This document shows positions 54,874-63,789 of a stretch of DNA of 64,000 bases, piece after piece (positions within the stretch are counted from its first letter, which is position 1; each line of letters starts with the position of its first letter). Position numbers and translations under genes: made by a program. The stretch lies in the IMG/VR virus record IMGVR_UViG_3300045391_005035; one strand, written 5' to 3'. This DNA comes from a virus. The notes under the pieces are model-generated. The model saw nothing but the letters and a program-made list of their open reading frames with translations, was not told the origin of the DNA and did not search any database.

Positions 54874-55346
54874 TCTTCCAACCGACCGCAGACATCTCGC
54901 CGATCACCGAGCACATCTCCATCGGCGGGATCAGCAGCTACGGCCACCCGAGCCGACTCGTCGCGTTCAAGCTCGTGCTGAACGTCGCGTGGGAGCTGAC
55001 CGACTGGGGTGGCGACGACGGCGGTCCGCTGGAGGACTCGACGCTCCCGAACGGCGTCGTCGTCCGCAACGGGCGCCTCGACGATACCGACGACATCGAG
55101 GATGTTCGCAAGCAAGAGGCCGAAATCTTCCGCGTCGTCGGCCTCGTGAACCAAGCTCGCGCTCGCGGCGACAACGTCCTCGTGACGTGCGCCGCGGGAC
55201 GAAACAGATCTGCGCTGGTGATCGCCGAGCACCTCATCCAGGTGGGCGGCCACCCGCACGCGACGGTCAAGCTCATCCAAGCGGCGCGATCCCGAGCGCT
55301 CAGCAACGACGCCTTCGTCGCCTGGCTCAAACGGCGGCGGTCGTGA
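54870..55346 (+). CDS. Dual-specificity/tyrosine phosphatase
   Basis: VLVTCAAGRNRSA (Cx5R) P-loop; upstream LDD acid loop. Confidence 0.9.
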   Translation: MIFQPTADISPITEHISIGGISSYGHPSRLVAFKLVLNVAWELTDWGGDDGGPLEDSTLPNGVVVRNGRLDDTDDIEDVRKQEAEIFRVVGLVNQARARGDNVLVTCAAGRNRSALVIAEHLIQVGGHPHATVKLIQAARSRALSNDAFVAWLKRRRS

Positions 55347-55648
55347 CCAACCCGCTCAAGCGCTACATCTACACGCTCGACGACGAGCAGCTCGTGCTGC
55401 GCATGGTCGAGCTGGACACGAAACTGCTGCCGCCAGCGATGTATCCAGGTCTCAACGAGACGCCTCAGCTCACCGATTGGGAGCGCAGCTTCATCGCCGG
55501 CATCCAGACGTTCTGGGCGCGTCACGGCGGCGTGACCTGGAAACAGCGCCGGATGATGCGCCTGACGCTCCTCGACGTCTGCGAACGCGAGGTACGTCGC
55601 CAGGAAGCCATCATCGTCCGACAAGCTGTCGTGAAGCTCGCCCCGTAG
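55343..55648 (+). CDS. Hypothetical protein
   Basis: LTDWERSFI...TWKQ pattern. Confidence 0.6.
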   Translation: MTNPLKRYIYTLDDEQLVLRMVELDTKLLPPAMYPGLNETPQLTDWERSFIAGIQTFWARHGGVTWKQRRMMRLTLLDVCEREVRRQEAIIVRQAVVKLAP

Positions 55649-55673
55649 TCGTCTACCCTGGAGGAGGTCCGCC

Positions 55674-56120
55674 ATGTCCGCCAAGAAGAACTGGTCTCTC
55701 GTGATGGAGTTGACGCAGTGCGCAAGCGGCGAGCACCACGTCGCCCAAGCGCGTTCGCGATTCAAGAAGCTCTCGCGCCGCTACGTTCGGCGCGCCATGA
55801 AGCGCGAGATCGACATGCTACTCGTGGAAGTCGTCGACCAGGCTGCCATCGACGAGCAGATCACCTTCGAGCTGGAGCGGCGTGACGAGGAAGAGTACCG
55901 GCTCGCGATGGACCTCTACGACGAGCACCTCGGCCAGTCCTACGATGAGGACCCCTACTTCAACGACGACCTGTACAGCGACTTCGGAGACGACGATGTT
56001 CACATCGACACGGACCATGACTGGTACGACGACCTGTTGTTCTCGGATGTCTCGTTCCGGTTTGCAGACGACGATCCCGAGAGCCAGAAGGAGCGCTGGC
56101 TCCGTGGGGAGAGGATCTAA
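55674..56120 (+). CDS. Hypothetical protein with basic N-terminus and very acidic C-terminus
   Basis: GGAGG RBS. Confidence 0.6.
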   Translation: MSAKKNWSLVMELTQCASGEHHVAQARSRFKKLSRRYVRRAMKREIDMLLVEVVDQAAIDEQITFELERRDEEEYRLAMDLYDEHLGQSYDEDPYFNDDLYSDFGDDDVHIDTDHDWYDDLLFSDVSFRFADDDPESQKERWLRGERI

Positions 56121-56122
56121 CC

Positions 56123-56428
56123 GTGGAGGACGGGAACGTGAGTACACAGCGATTCTTCGGCGGCAAGTTCAACGGAGCTGACATGGCGCAGACACAGCAG
56201 CGCTCGACACACGAATCGGCCGTCGCGCTCATCGACGGTATCATCCGCGTGAGGGACGCGGCGCGCGACGACGACTACGACCCGAGCCTCACGCGCATCG
56301 GCAACCCGGCGCTCGTGCTGCGCCTCGATCGCGGCTACGACGTCGTCAGCTTCGCGCCATACCGCCGCCTCAACGAGTCCCCGCTGACGCGCGCACAGGC
56401 GGAGGCGCTGTGTCGTCGATCAGACTGA
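56123..56428 (+). CDS. Hypothetical protein
   Basis: In-operon ORF. Confidence 0.55.
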   Translation: MEDGNVSTQRFFGGKFNGADMAQTQQRSTHESAVALIDGIIRVRDAARDDDYDPSLTRIGNPALVLRLDRGYDVVSFAPYRRLNESPLTRAQAEALCRRSD

Positions 56429-56444
56429 TGGTACCCTCGACCCC

Positions 56445-56807
56445 ATGACCTTCATCGTCAAGCGCGGCAAGTACCTCATCGAGAAGACACGCCGGAACAC
56501 GGTCGGCGTGGTGGCTCTCGTCGGCACCGGGGGCTCGGTCCCGAAGCTCGTCCAGGACGCCGTGAACGGCTACGCGCGCCACCTTGGCCGCAGCGGCTCG
56601 GACGAGGAAGAGGAGCGCAAGACGATCCGCGCCGGCATGAAGCAGATGCAGGGCACCTGGCTCGTGCTCTCGCCCTCGGGCCTGCGATGGGCCTCGGCCT
56701 CCGGCAAGGTCGACGAGGACAAGAAGTCCATCAAGACGGCGCTCCGCAACTCCGGATGGAGCCCGCCGAGCGAGCAACTCGACGAGCTTCTTGCAGAAAA
56801 CAGTTGA
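56445..56807 (+). CDS. Hypothetical protein
   Basis: TACCCT 7 nt before ATG. Confidence 0.6.
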   Translation: MTFIVKRGKYLIEKTRRNTVGVVALVGTGGSVPKLVQDAVNGYARHLGRSGSDEEEERKTIRAGMKQMQGTWLVLSPSGLRWASASGKVDEDKKSIKTALRNSGWSPPSEQLDELLAENS

Positions 56808-56866
56808 CGCAACACTCGCAACGCACTAGGGTCCGCTCTCACATCGCAGATGTTGCGAGTGTTGCG
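56804..56866 (+). promoter_or_regulatory. Promoter TTGACG-N17-TAGGGT overlapped by a perfect 15-bp inverted repeat of the operator motif
   Basis: CGCAACACTCGCAAC (56808-56822) / GTTGCGAGTGTTGCG (56852-56866). Confidence 0.75.
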
Positions 56867-56875
56867 AGGACCTAG

Positions 56876-57175
56876 GTGACCACACCATCGACCTTCAAGA
56901 AACAGGGCCTCCTGAGTACCGGCGACATCGCCGAGAGGCTTGGGGTGCACCGGACGACCGTCTGGCACTGGATGACGTCGGGACTGCTCAAGTCCACGCG
57001 CGTGACCCCGCGATTCCGCGGAGTGACGGAGGCCGATCTCAAGGCGTTCCAGTCCAACTTCATTCCGGATTCGCCGGCTGTCAGTCCGAAGAAGGCGCCG
57101 GCGTCGAAGAAGAGGGAGACGCTGGAGTCGACGGTTCGCAGGGTGAAGAAGAAGAGGGCGGCGAAAGCCACCTGA
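56876..57175 (+). CDS. HTH_17/excisionase-like DNA-binding protein
   Basis: LLSTGDIAERLGVHRTTVWHWMTSGLLKS. Confidence 0.85.
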   Translation: MTTPSTFKKQGLLSTGDIAERLGVHRTTVWHWMTSGLLKSTRVTPRFRGVTEADLKAFQSNFIPDSPAVSPKKAPASKKRETLESTVRRVKKKRAAKAT

Positions 57176-57188
57176 GAGGAGAAGGGAC

Positions 57189-58250
57189 ATGAGCAACGAG
57201 AAGAACGCGGGGACCGAAGTGGTCCCTGCGGTGGGCAGGATTGTCACTACACAGCAGATCGAAGACGCCGGTCTGCTCATGCCGCTGGCCGATCCAGCGG
57301 CCTTGCGCGCCGCGTTCGCGGAGCGGCAGAGGGTGCTCACGAGCATCCTCGATCCGGACCGCGACTTCCTCTACTCGGTGAAGTATCGCGACCGCGACGG
57401 CAACGAGCGCTCGACCCTCGTGAACACTCTCACCGAGGCCAAGCGGCAGATCGAGCACCTCGGCAACGGCGCGAAGTACGACGCGCACCCCAAGAAGAGC
57501 GGCTGCCTGAAGCTCGCTCACGCGCTCGGCATCGAGTCCGTGATGGTCGAGACCACGGGCCTGCCCAAAGATCCGCGTGCGAACTGGAGTTCGTGCCGAT
57601 ACATCGCCACCCACAAGCGCACCGGACGCCGCGAAGAGGGCCAGGGATACTGCTCCTCCGACGAGCGACCGAACCAGAAGATGAAGGCGCACGCCATCAT
57701 CTCGATGGCGGACACGCGCGCCTACTGCCACGCGGTGCTGCGCTGCGCCGGATACGACAACGTGGGCGCCGAGGAGATGGAGCTGCTCGCGGCCGGCGAG
57801 CAGGACGTCGCGGTGACGATCCAGAACGTCATCCCGGTCGAGCGCGAGCGCCCCGCTCTCGCGACCCAGTCGGCTCCGCGGACCACCATCATGGAGGAGA
57901 TGAACAGGACCGCACCGACGCAGGCGGCTCCCACCCCGATCGCCGCGTCGTCGCAGGCAGCGCCTCAGGCGGCGGCTCCGGCGGCAGCGCAGGCCTCGGC
58001 ACCGGCTCCCACCCCCACGCCCAAGGAGCCGCTCCCGGCGGCACCTCACCCCGAGGGCCCCGGCAAGGGCGACGTGATCACGAACGCAATGGCCGCCGAG
58101 CTGAGCGCGAAGCTCCTCGCGAAGCTCGGCAGCAAGGAGAAGGCTCGCGCCTGGCTCAAGGACGCTGCGGGGGTCGAGCGCTCGATCCACGTCCGCGAAG
58201 ATCAGATCGGTTCTCTAACCAAGATGCTCGATGCGCTGGAGGCGCCCTGA
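57189..58250 (+). CDS. Putative single-strand annealing/recombination protein
   Basis: KKSG.LKLA...GQGYCSSDE...HAIISMADTRA...AV, then an Ala/Pro linker; sits before an SSB-like gene. Confidence 0.5.
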   Translation: MSNEKNAGTEVVPAVGRIVTTQQIEDAGLLMPLADPAALRAAFAERQRVLTSILDPDRDFLYSVKYRDRDGNERSTLVNTLTEAKRQIEHLGNGAKYDAHPKKSGCLKLAHALGIESVMVETTGLPKDPRANWSSCRYIATHKRTGRREEGQGYCSSDERPNQKMKAHAIISMADTRAYCHAVLRCAGYDNVGAEEMELLAAGEQDVAVTIQNVIPVERERPALATQSAPRTTIMEEMNRTAPTQAAPTPIAASSQAAPQAAAPAAAQASAPAPTPTPKEPLPAAPHPEGPGKGDVITNAMAAELSAKLLAKLGSKEKARAWLKDAAGVERSIHVREDQIGSLTKMLDALEAP

Positions 58251-58253
58251 ACG

Positions 58254-58766
58254 ATGCCGGAGATCACCGTCAAGCACAACGTCAAGGACGCGCAGCCGCC
58301 GCAGCGCGAGGTCATCCCGACCGGGACGTACCACTCGAACATCATCAAGGTCACCCCGGGTCTGACGAACTTCGAGCCGAAGCTCCAGACGATCTCGATC
58401 GAGTATTCGATCACCAAGACGGCTGATGGCTCCGTCGTCAACGACGAGCCCGCGGACAAGTATGCGGGCCGCAGCGTGTACCAGGACTACATCCTGGAGC
58501 CCGGCACCAAGCCGTTCGCCAACCAGCGCGAGGCATTCCGTCTCCAGCAGCTCATGGCGGCGACGAAGTGTCCGTACAAGCCGCTCGAAGGCGGCATGAT
58601 CTCGTTCAACACCGACCACCTGCTGGGCAAGGGCGTGAAGATCACCGTCACACAGCGCCCCGGCAAGAAGCGCGAAGGCGACGACCCGAAGGCGCCGCTT
58701 CCGCTGTTCAACAACGTCGACCGCGTCGACTCCGAGGTCGAGGTCGATCCGGCCGCCCTGGTCTGA
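58254..58766 (+). CDS. DUF669-like single-stranded DNA-binding protein
   Basis: IPTGTYH..I...IEYSI...YAGR.V...LLGK.V.ITV...NNV. Confidence 0.7.
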   Translation: MPEITVKHNVKDAQPPQREVIPTGTYHSNIIKVTPGLTNFEPKLQTISIEYSITKTADGSVVNDEPADKYAGRSVYQDYILEPGTKPFANQREAFRLQQLMAATKCPYKPLEGGMISFNTDHLLGKGVKITVTQRPGKKREGDDPKAPLPLFNNVDRVDSEVEVDPAALV

Positions 58767-58777
58767 AGGTGCGCGGG

Positions 58778-58888
58778 GCCTGCGCCGCGCCCTGGTTTCG
58801 TGGGCTCCTTGGTCTGCGGCGCTACGTCGCTTCGGTCACCGCATGGTGCGGTAGCCACCCACGAAACCAGGGCGGGTCGTAGGCTTTT
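58778..58888 (+). ncRNA. Candidate structured RNA (multi-branched stem) or complex terminator
   Basis: Perfect 17-bp stem 58788-58804/58858-58874, outer 7-bp stem, two internal hairpins, trailing TTTT. Confidence 0.5.
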
Positions 58889-58894
58889 GAGGAG

Positions 58895-59332
58895 ATGGTC
58901 ATGAACATCGCGAAGATGATCGCTCGTGTCGAGAAGATGAAGCTCGAAGTCGTCGCCATGCAGAAGGAGGTCAAGGCTGCGTCGAAGGCGGAGCTGAAGA
59001 AGATCAACAGGCTGGAGAAGCAGATGAAGAAGCTGCGCGACAAGCTCGCAGCCATGACGCCCGAGCAGCGTGGTGAGGTCCAGGGGACCGAGGAAAGCGA
59101 GAAGTCGAAGAAGCTGAAGGACGGCATCGACGACCTTCAGCAGCAGATCTACACGGCCGAGGATGGTACCGCGCTCGGGAGCGCTGGCGACTCGTACGCC
59201 GACGACGGCATCATCGGCTCCGTGGAGCAGCTCGATCTCGCGCTCGACGCACTGGTCCACGGCAAGGGCAAGCGCCGCCAGGGGTTCCTGGTGACCTACG
59301 AGGAGCAGCTCTCGGCGTCGTCTGCGAAGTAG
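58895..59332 (+). CDS. Coiled-coil hypothetical protein
   Basis: GAGGAG RBS; K/E-rich. Confidence 0.65.
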   Translation: MVMNIAKMIARVEKMKLEVVAMQKEVKAASKAELKKINRLEKQMKKLRDKLAAMTPEQRGEVQGTEESEKSKKLKDGIDDLQQQIYTAEDGTALGSAGDSYADDGIIGSVEQLDLALDALVHGKGKRRQGFLVTYEEQLSASSAK

Positions 59333-59337
59333 TCCGC

Positions 59338-61506
59338 GTGCCCGTTGTCACTGTCCCCGAAGTCGTACGGCTCACGCCGCTCCGGTTCGCCGATCCAGAC
59401 CCATGGACGACGCAACCGGACGGCGGAGAGCTGTTCGTGGGGGACCTGCTGGAACCGTCGGAAGAGGCAGAAGCCAGCGTTTCGCTCACGATGCGCGAGT
59501 CGATCGCCTTCGAGAACACCGCTCCGCGTCTCGAACCGCGCACGCTGCGCCCGTACCAGTCCGAGTGCATCGAGGCCGTGTTTCGTGCGTGGGCCGCCGG
59601 TAAGAAGGCCCCGCTCATCGTGCTCGCAACAGGGGCGGGTAAAACGGTAATAGCCGCGGAGATCTTCCGTCGCCTGCGCGTCGAACATCCTGGGTTCAGC
59701 TATCGCGTCTGGTTCCTCGCGCATCGTGAGGAGCTGCTCGACCAGACCTACCGCCTCGTGAAACTGGTCGCACCCGAGGCCACGTGCGGCATCGTGCAGG
59801 GCGACCGCAACGACCTCGGCAAGTTCGCTACCCTCGGTTCGGTCGACACGCTTGCGAGCCGCGCTCGGTTCGATGAAGCCATCACCGGCCGCAATCCGAA
59901 CGTGCATTCGATTCAGGCGCGGCCGCCGAGCCTCGTGATCATCGACGAGTGTCATCACGCGACGTCGCCCAAGTACCAGCGACTCATCGCGTGGATCCGC
60001 GAGGCCAATCCGGACGTCATTTTCCTCGGCATGACAGCGACGCCTGGGCGTACGGACGGGACTGCGTTGGACAAGGTGTTCGACGGCGTCGCCTACGAAC
60101 GCAACGCGTTCCAGCTCATCGAAGATGGCTTCCTGGTCCCGCCCGTCGGCTACCGCGTCGATCTGAACATCAATCTCGACGTGATCCCCACCGACGGTGG
60201 CGACTTCAAGCCGGCGCCCCTCAGCAAGGTGATGAACCAGCCGGCCGTGAACCAGGCCGTCGTCGAGGGCTACCAGCGCTACGGTGATAGCCGCAAGATG
60301 CTCGCGTTCTGCGTGACCGTGCAGCACGCGAAAGACCTGGCCGAGCAGTTTCGCATGATGGGCGTTCAAGCTCGTCACATCGACGGCGCGATGAAGAAGG
60401 CGGACCGCGACGAGGTGAAACGGGCCTTCTCCGAAGGCAAGATCCGCATCCTCACGTCGTGCGATGTGCTCACCGAGGGCTACGACGATCCGAGTGCACA
60501 GGGCGCCCTGTTTGCGCGCCCGACGAACAGTCAGCTCGTCTACGTTCAGGCGCTGGGGCGAGCGCTACGCCTGCACCCATCGAAGCGCGACGCGCTGGTG
60601 ATCGACTGCGTCGGTAACAGCGAGCGCCACCAGCTCGCCCAGCTCGCCTCGCTCGCCGGGCTCGACGCCGTCACGAAAGATGAACGTCGGAACCCGCTCG
60701 AAGCTGAAGAGGTGGAGCTGGCGAACGCGGAGCTTGGCGGCATCGACGCTCGCCGTATCGACTTCCGCGTCCTGCGACGCCCGAGCAAGTGGTCATGGCG
60801 CGAGACCCGCTTCGGATGGACCGTATCCATCCCGCGGATCGGCTACTTTTTGCTCGCGTGGGCGAGCAACGACCGCCGCTCGGTTGACGTGAAGTTTCAC
60901 GATCTGCGCGACGGTAAGCGCGACACGCCGCCGATGATCTTGAGCACGATGATGGACTTCGAGATGGCCCATGGGCTCGTCGAGCAGGAGATCGAGCGGC
61001 TCTTCACGGCTCGGACCTCGAAGGCGCGAGCCAAGGAGTCAGACGGTGGACAGCTCGGCGCAGCTCGCGAAGTGCTCGACGAGGGCGTGGCGGGCGAGCT
61101 GTTCTCTCCCGAGGAACTGATGCGCAACGATGCCGACTGGCGCAATCGCCCGACGAGCGAGCGTCAACGCGCCGCGCTCGTCGACATCGGCGTCAAGCTG
61201 GAGTCGGTACCTGCGACAGCCGGTGATGCTTCCGACCTGTTCTCGGTGATGACGATCGAGCGCGACGCGAAGCAGCGAGAGCCAGCGACGCCGAAGCAGA
61301 AGGCGATGATTGTCCAGCAGAAGCTCGCGACCTACGACGAGGCGCAGGCGATGACGAAGAAGCAGGCCGCTGCGCTCATCGTTCGGTTCCTCAAGGAGAA
61401 GGAGGCCAAGAAGAAGGCTGCTTCCTCTCCCGCCGCGGCCGACCACGACGCTTCTCCATTCGACGACGATGCGCCACCTCCAACGGACGAGGATGCTCCG
61501 CCATGA
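59338..61506 (+). CDS. SF2 DExH-box helicase (ResIII/Irc3-like)
   Basis: LRPYQ; ATGAGKT; DECHH; MTAT; LTEGYD; QALGR; start uncertain. Confidence 0.92.
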   Translation: MPVVTVPEVVRLTPLRFADPDPWTTQPDGGELFVGDLLEPSEEAEASVSLTMRESIAFENTAPRLEPRTLRPYQSECIEAVFRAWAAGKKAPLIVLATGAGKTVIAAEIFRRLRVEHPGFSYRVWFLAHREELLDQTYRLVKLVAPEATCGIVQGDRNDLGKFATLGSVDTLASRARFDEAITGRNPNVHSIQARPPSLVIIDECHHATSPKYQRLIAWIREANPDVIFLGMTATPGRTDGTALDKVFDGVAYERNAFQLIEDGFLVPPVGYRVDLNINLDVIPTDGGDFKPAPLSKVMNQPAVNQAVVEGYQRYGDSRKMLAFCVTVQHAKDLAEQFRMMGVQARHIDGAMKKADRDEVKRAFSEGKIRILTSCDVLTEGYDDPSAQGALFARPTNSQLVYVQALGRALRLHPSKRDALVIDCVGNSERHQLAQLASLAGLDAVTKDERRNPLEAEEVELANAELGGIDARRIDFRVLRRPSKWSWRETRFGWTVSIPRIGYFLLAWASNDRRSVDVKFHDLRDGKRDTPPMILSTMMDFEMAHGLVEQEIERLFTARTSKARAKESDGGQLGAAREVLDEGVAGELFSPEELMRNDADWRNRPTSERQRAALVDIGVKLESVPATAGDASDLFSVMTIERDAKQREPATPKQKAMIVQQKLATYDEAQAMTKKQAAALIVRFLKEKEAKKKAASSPAAADHDASPFDDDAPPPTDEDAPP

Positions 61507-61940
61507 ACGATCTCGTCCTCGGCCACTCGCGGTCTACCGCTCGGCGCCCAGACGAATGGGTCTGGCGCATCCGGCGCTCGATCGCCGCGATCCAGAAGGC
61601 CCGCGAGCTGGAGCCCACGCATGCGTGGGATCACGGCGGCGCATACGTGCTTGCGCGGTCGCTCGGCGCGGTGGCTCCTGGTTCTCCGGCGCTCGGCATC
61701 CTCATCCTCACGGCCGTAGGCGCTCCCCGTCCGCTGATCAACGACGAGCTGCGCCGCCTCGGTCTGTGGGATGGCGCGATGCAGATCTTCACTCGGAACA
61801 AGTCGATACCGGTCGAGATCGACAAGCTCGGCGACCAATGGGTCGACGCGCTCGCGTCGGTTCCGCGACACCTCTACCGCGTGAACCGCGTGAGTCGCTT
61901 CGGCGCGATCTATCACGGACCGCGGTGGTGGGAGAAGTGA
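61503..61940 (+). CDS. Hypothetical protein
   Basis: Coupled between the helicase and exonuclease genes. Confidence 0.6.
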   Translation: MNDLVLGHSRSTARRPDEWVWRIRRSIAAIQKARELEPTHAWDHGGAYVLARSLGAVAPGSPALGILILTAVGAPRPLINDELRRLGLWDGAMQIFTRNKSIPVEIDKLGDQWVDALASVPRHLYRVNRVSRFGAIYHGPRWWEK

Positions 61941-62593
61941 TCGACCACTTCAAGCTCTGGTTCGAACTGCCGCTAGTCGTTCTTGATTTTGAAACGACGG
62001 GTCGAGCCGCGTCGCACGACGACCGTATCGTGGAGATCGCCGCCGTGCGCGTCGAGAACCTGAAGGTCGTACGGAGCTGGCAGACGTACCTGAACCCGGA
62101 CCGTCCGATCCCAGAGGACGCGAGCCTCGTGCACGGGATCTACGGCGAGGACGTCGCCCTCGCGCCGCGATTTCGTGCAAAAGCGGGCGAACTGCTCGCC
62201 TTCTGCGACGGAGCCATTCCGTGCGCGTACAACGAAGGCTTCGACCGCGGGTTCCTGATGGCCGAACTGTGGAACGCCGGCTTCGACGCCCGCGTGCCGA
62301 TCATGGCGTGGCCCGAGTGGCTCGACATCCTGGCGTGGACGCGCAGTGTCGACCGCTTCATGAAGAACGACGACGGCAGCAAGGCGTCGAACCGCCTCAG
62401 CGAAGCGTGCAAGCGCCGCGGAATAGAGACGCCTGGCGCCCACGGCGCGCTAGCGGATGCCAAAGCCGCAGCGGCGCTGCTCGCGGCGATCGCTTACGAC
62501 ATGCATCGCTCCACGATCAGCGAGTTGATTCGGCGCCAGCAACTACTCAGCAGCGCATACGACCGCCGCCACAACACGCCGAGGAACCGGTGA
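61937..62593 (+). CDS. DEDDh 3'-5' exonuclease (DnaQ-like)
   Basis: LDFETTG; AYNEGFD; HGALAD. Confidence 0.9.
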   Translation: MIDHFKLWFELPLVVLDFETTGRAASHDDRIVEIAAVRVENLKVVRSWQTYLNPDRPIPEDASLVHGIYGEDVALAPRFRAKAGELLAFCDGAIPCAYNEGFDRGFLMAELWNAGFDARVPIMAWPEWLDILAWTRSVDRFMKNDDGSKASNRLSEACKRRGIETPGAHGALADAKAAAALLAAIAYDMHRSTISELIRRQQLLSSAYDRRHNTPRNR

Positions 62594-63750
62594 ACCTCTC
62601 GCCGGATGACAAGGTCAGATTTCTGATGGAGGCGACGCGCGGGCCGGACGACTGCTACGCGTTCCGCTCGTTCGATCCTGGACGAGAACAGCAATACTAC
62701 TGGCGCCCCGTATACGCCCGCGTGACGCCAGAGGCCGTGCTCCGCCACATGGCCGGCGAGATCGAGATCGGCGCGTATGCGCTGATCCCGGCGGCGTCGA
62801 CTGCTGACTTCCCGACGTGCCGCTGGATCGCCGCGGACTTCGACGGCAAGAGGCAGGGATGCGACTGGCAGAGCGACGTTCAGCGCTTTCTCGCGGTGCT
62901 GGTCGACACGCAGGCGAACATCCTCGTGAACCGCTCGCGCTCAGGCCAGGGCGTTCACGTGCGCGTGCTCTTTCGCGAGCCGGTTCCAGGCTGGATGGCG
63001 CGCCGCTGGATGCAGGCGTGGCTCGAAGAGTCGGGCGTCGTCTCCGAGATCGACGACGCGATCCCATCGAGCTTCGATCGCCTCATCCCGATGCAGGACA
63101 CCCTGCGCCTCGATCTGACGTACGACTTCCACCGGCGCCCAGGAAACCTCGTCGGCTCGCCGATGCATAAGAAGCTCGCGGTCAAGAACGGCGGCACCCT
63201 TCCCATCGCTACCGACGCCGCTCTGGTCGGTGTGTTCGAGCCCGACGGACGCCACTGGCATCACCTAGTTCGAGCGGTCGAAGAGCGTGCGTGGGGAGAA
63301 GAAGAGTTGCGCGCCGCACTGCTCGATGCCCCCGGAGGCGACGACGCCAAGCCGCCGACGGGCCTGCGATACGGCAACCACGCACTGACGGTGCTACAGG
63401 GCGACGCTGCGAGCCTCGAACTGCTCGTCATGCGCCGGCACTGCGCCTTCCTCCAGTACCTCCAGGCCGGCGGCGATCAGCCGTACAGCCTCTGGGTCGC
63501 TCTCGCCTCGCAGCTCCACCGCTTCGGCGAGGCGGGTCACAACGCGTTTCACGAACTATCGCAGCTCGACGTGCGCTATAAATCGCACGCCACCGAGATG
63601 AAGTGGGAGCAGACCGCAGAGATGCAACCCATGCGCTGCGATACGCTGGTCGACATGGGGTTCCGCTGCCCGCACCTGACTACGCGGCGCTGCAACGGCG
63701 CGAAAGCTCCCGCGTACTTCCCGGAACACGCCGGCTACGAGCCGCTGTAG
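62590..63750 (+). CDS. Archaeo-eukaryotic primase (TOTE-like AEP) with Cys4 C-terminal domain
   Basis: AADFD; RSRSGQGVH; FDRLIPMQD; GNLV; C-terminal HCAF..RCDTL..CPH..RC. Confidence 0.8.
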   Translation: MNLSPDDKVRFLMEATRGPDDCYAFRSFDPGREQQYYWRPVYARVTPEAVLRHMAGEIEIGAYALIPAASTADFPTCRWIAADFDGKRQGCDWQSDVQRFLAVLVDTQANILVNRSRSGQGVHVRVLFREPVPGWMARRWMQAWLEESGVVSEIDDAIPSSFDRLIPMQDTLRLDLTYDFHRRPGNLVGSPMHKKLAVKNGGTLPIATDAALVGVFEPDGRHWHHLVRAVEERAWGEEELRAALLDAPGGDDAKPPTGLRYGNHALTVLQGDAASLELLVMRRHCAFLQYLQAGGDQPYSLWVALASQLHRFGEAGHNAFHELSQLDVRYKSHATEMKWEQTAEMQPMRCDTLVDMGFRCPHLTTRRCNGAKAPAYFPEHAGYEPL

Positions 63751-63754
63751 GGTC

Positions 63755-63783
63755 TTGACACGTGTTGCGTGTGTTGTATGAAT
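63755..63783 (+). promoter_or_regulatory. Promoter with TTGACA and operator GTTGCGTGTGTTG in the spacer
   Basis: 63764-63776 is the exact reverse complement of 421-433. Confidence 0.65.
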
Positions 63784-63789
63784 AGGCCC

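Noticed and set aside
56876-57175. Evidence of an integrated prophage (excisionase)
   Set aside because: No integrase, att site or host genes in the window; the HTH is better explained as a regulator
58778-58888. tRNA gene
   Set aside because: No T-loop GTTCRA or D-loop consensus, and stem lengths do not fit a cloverleaf
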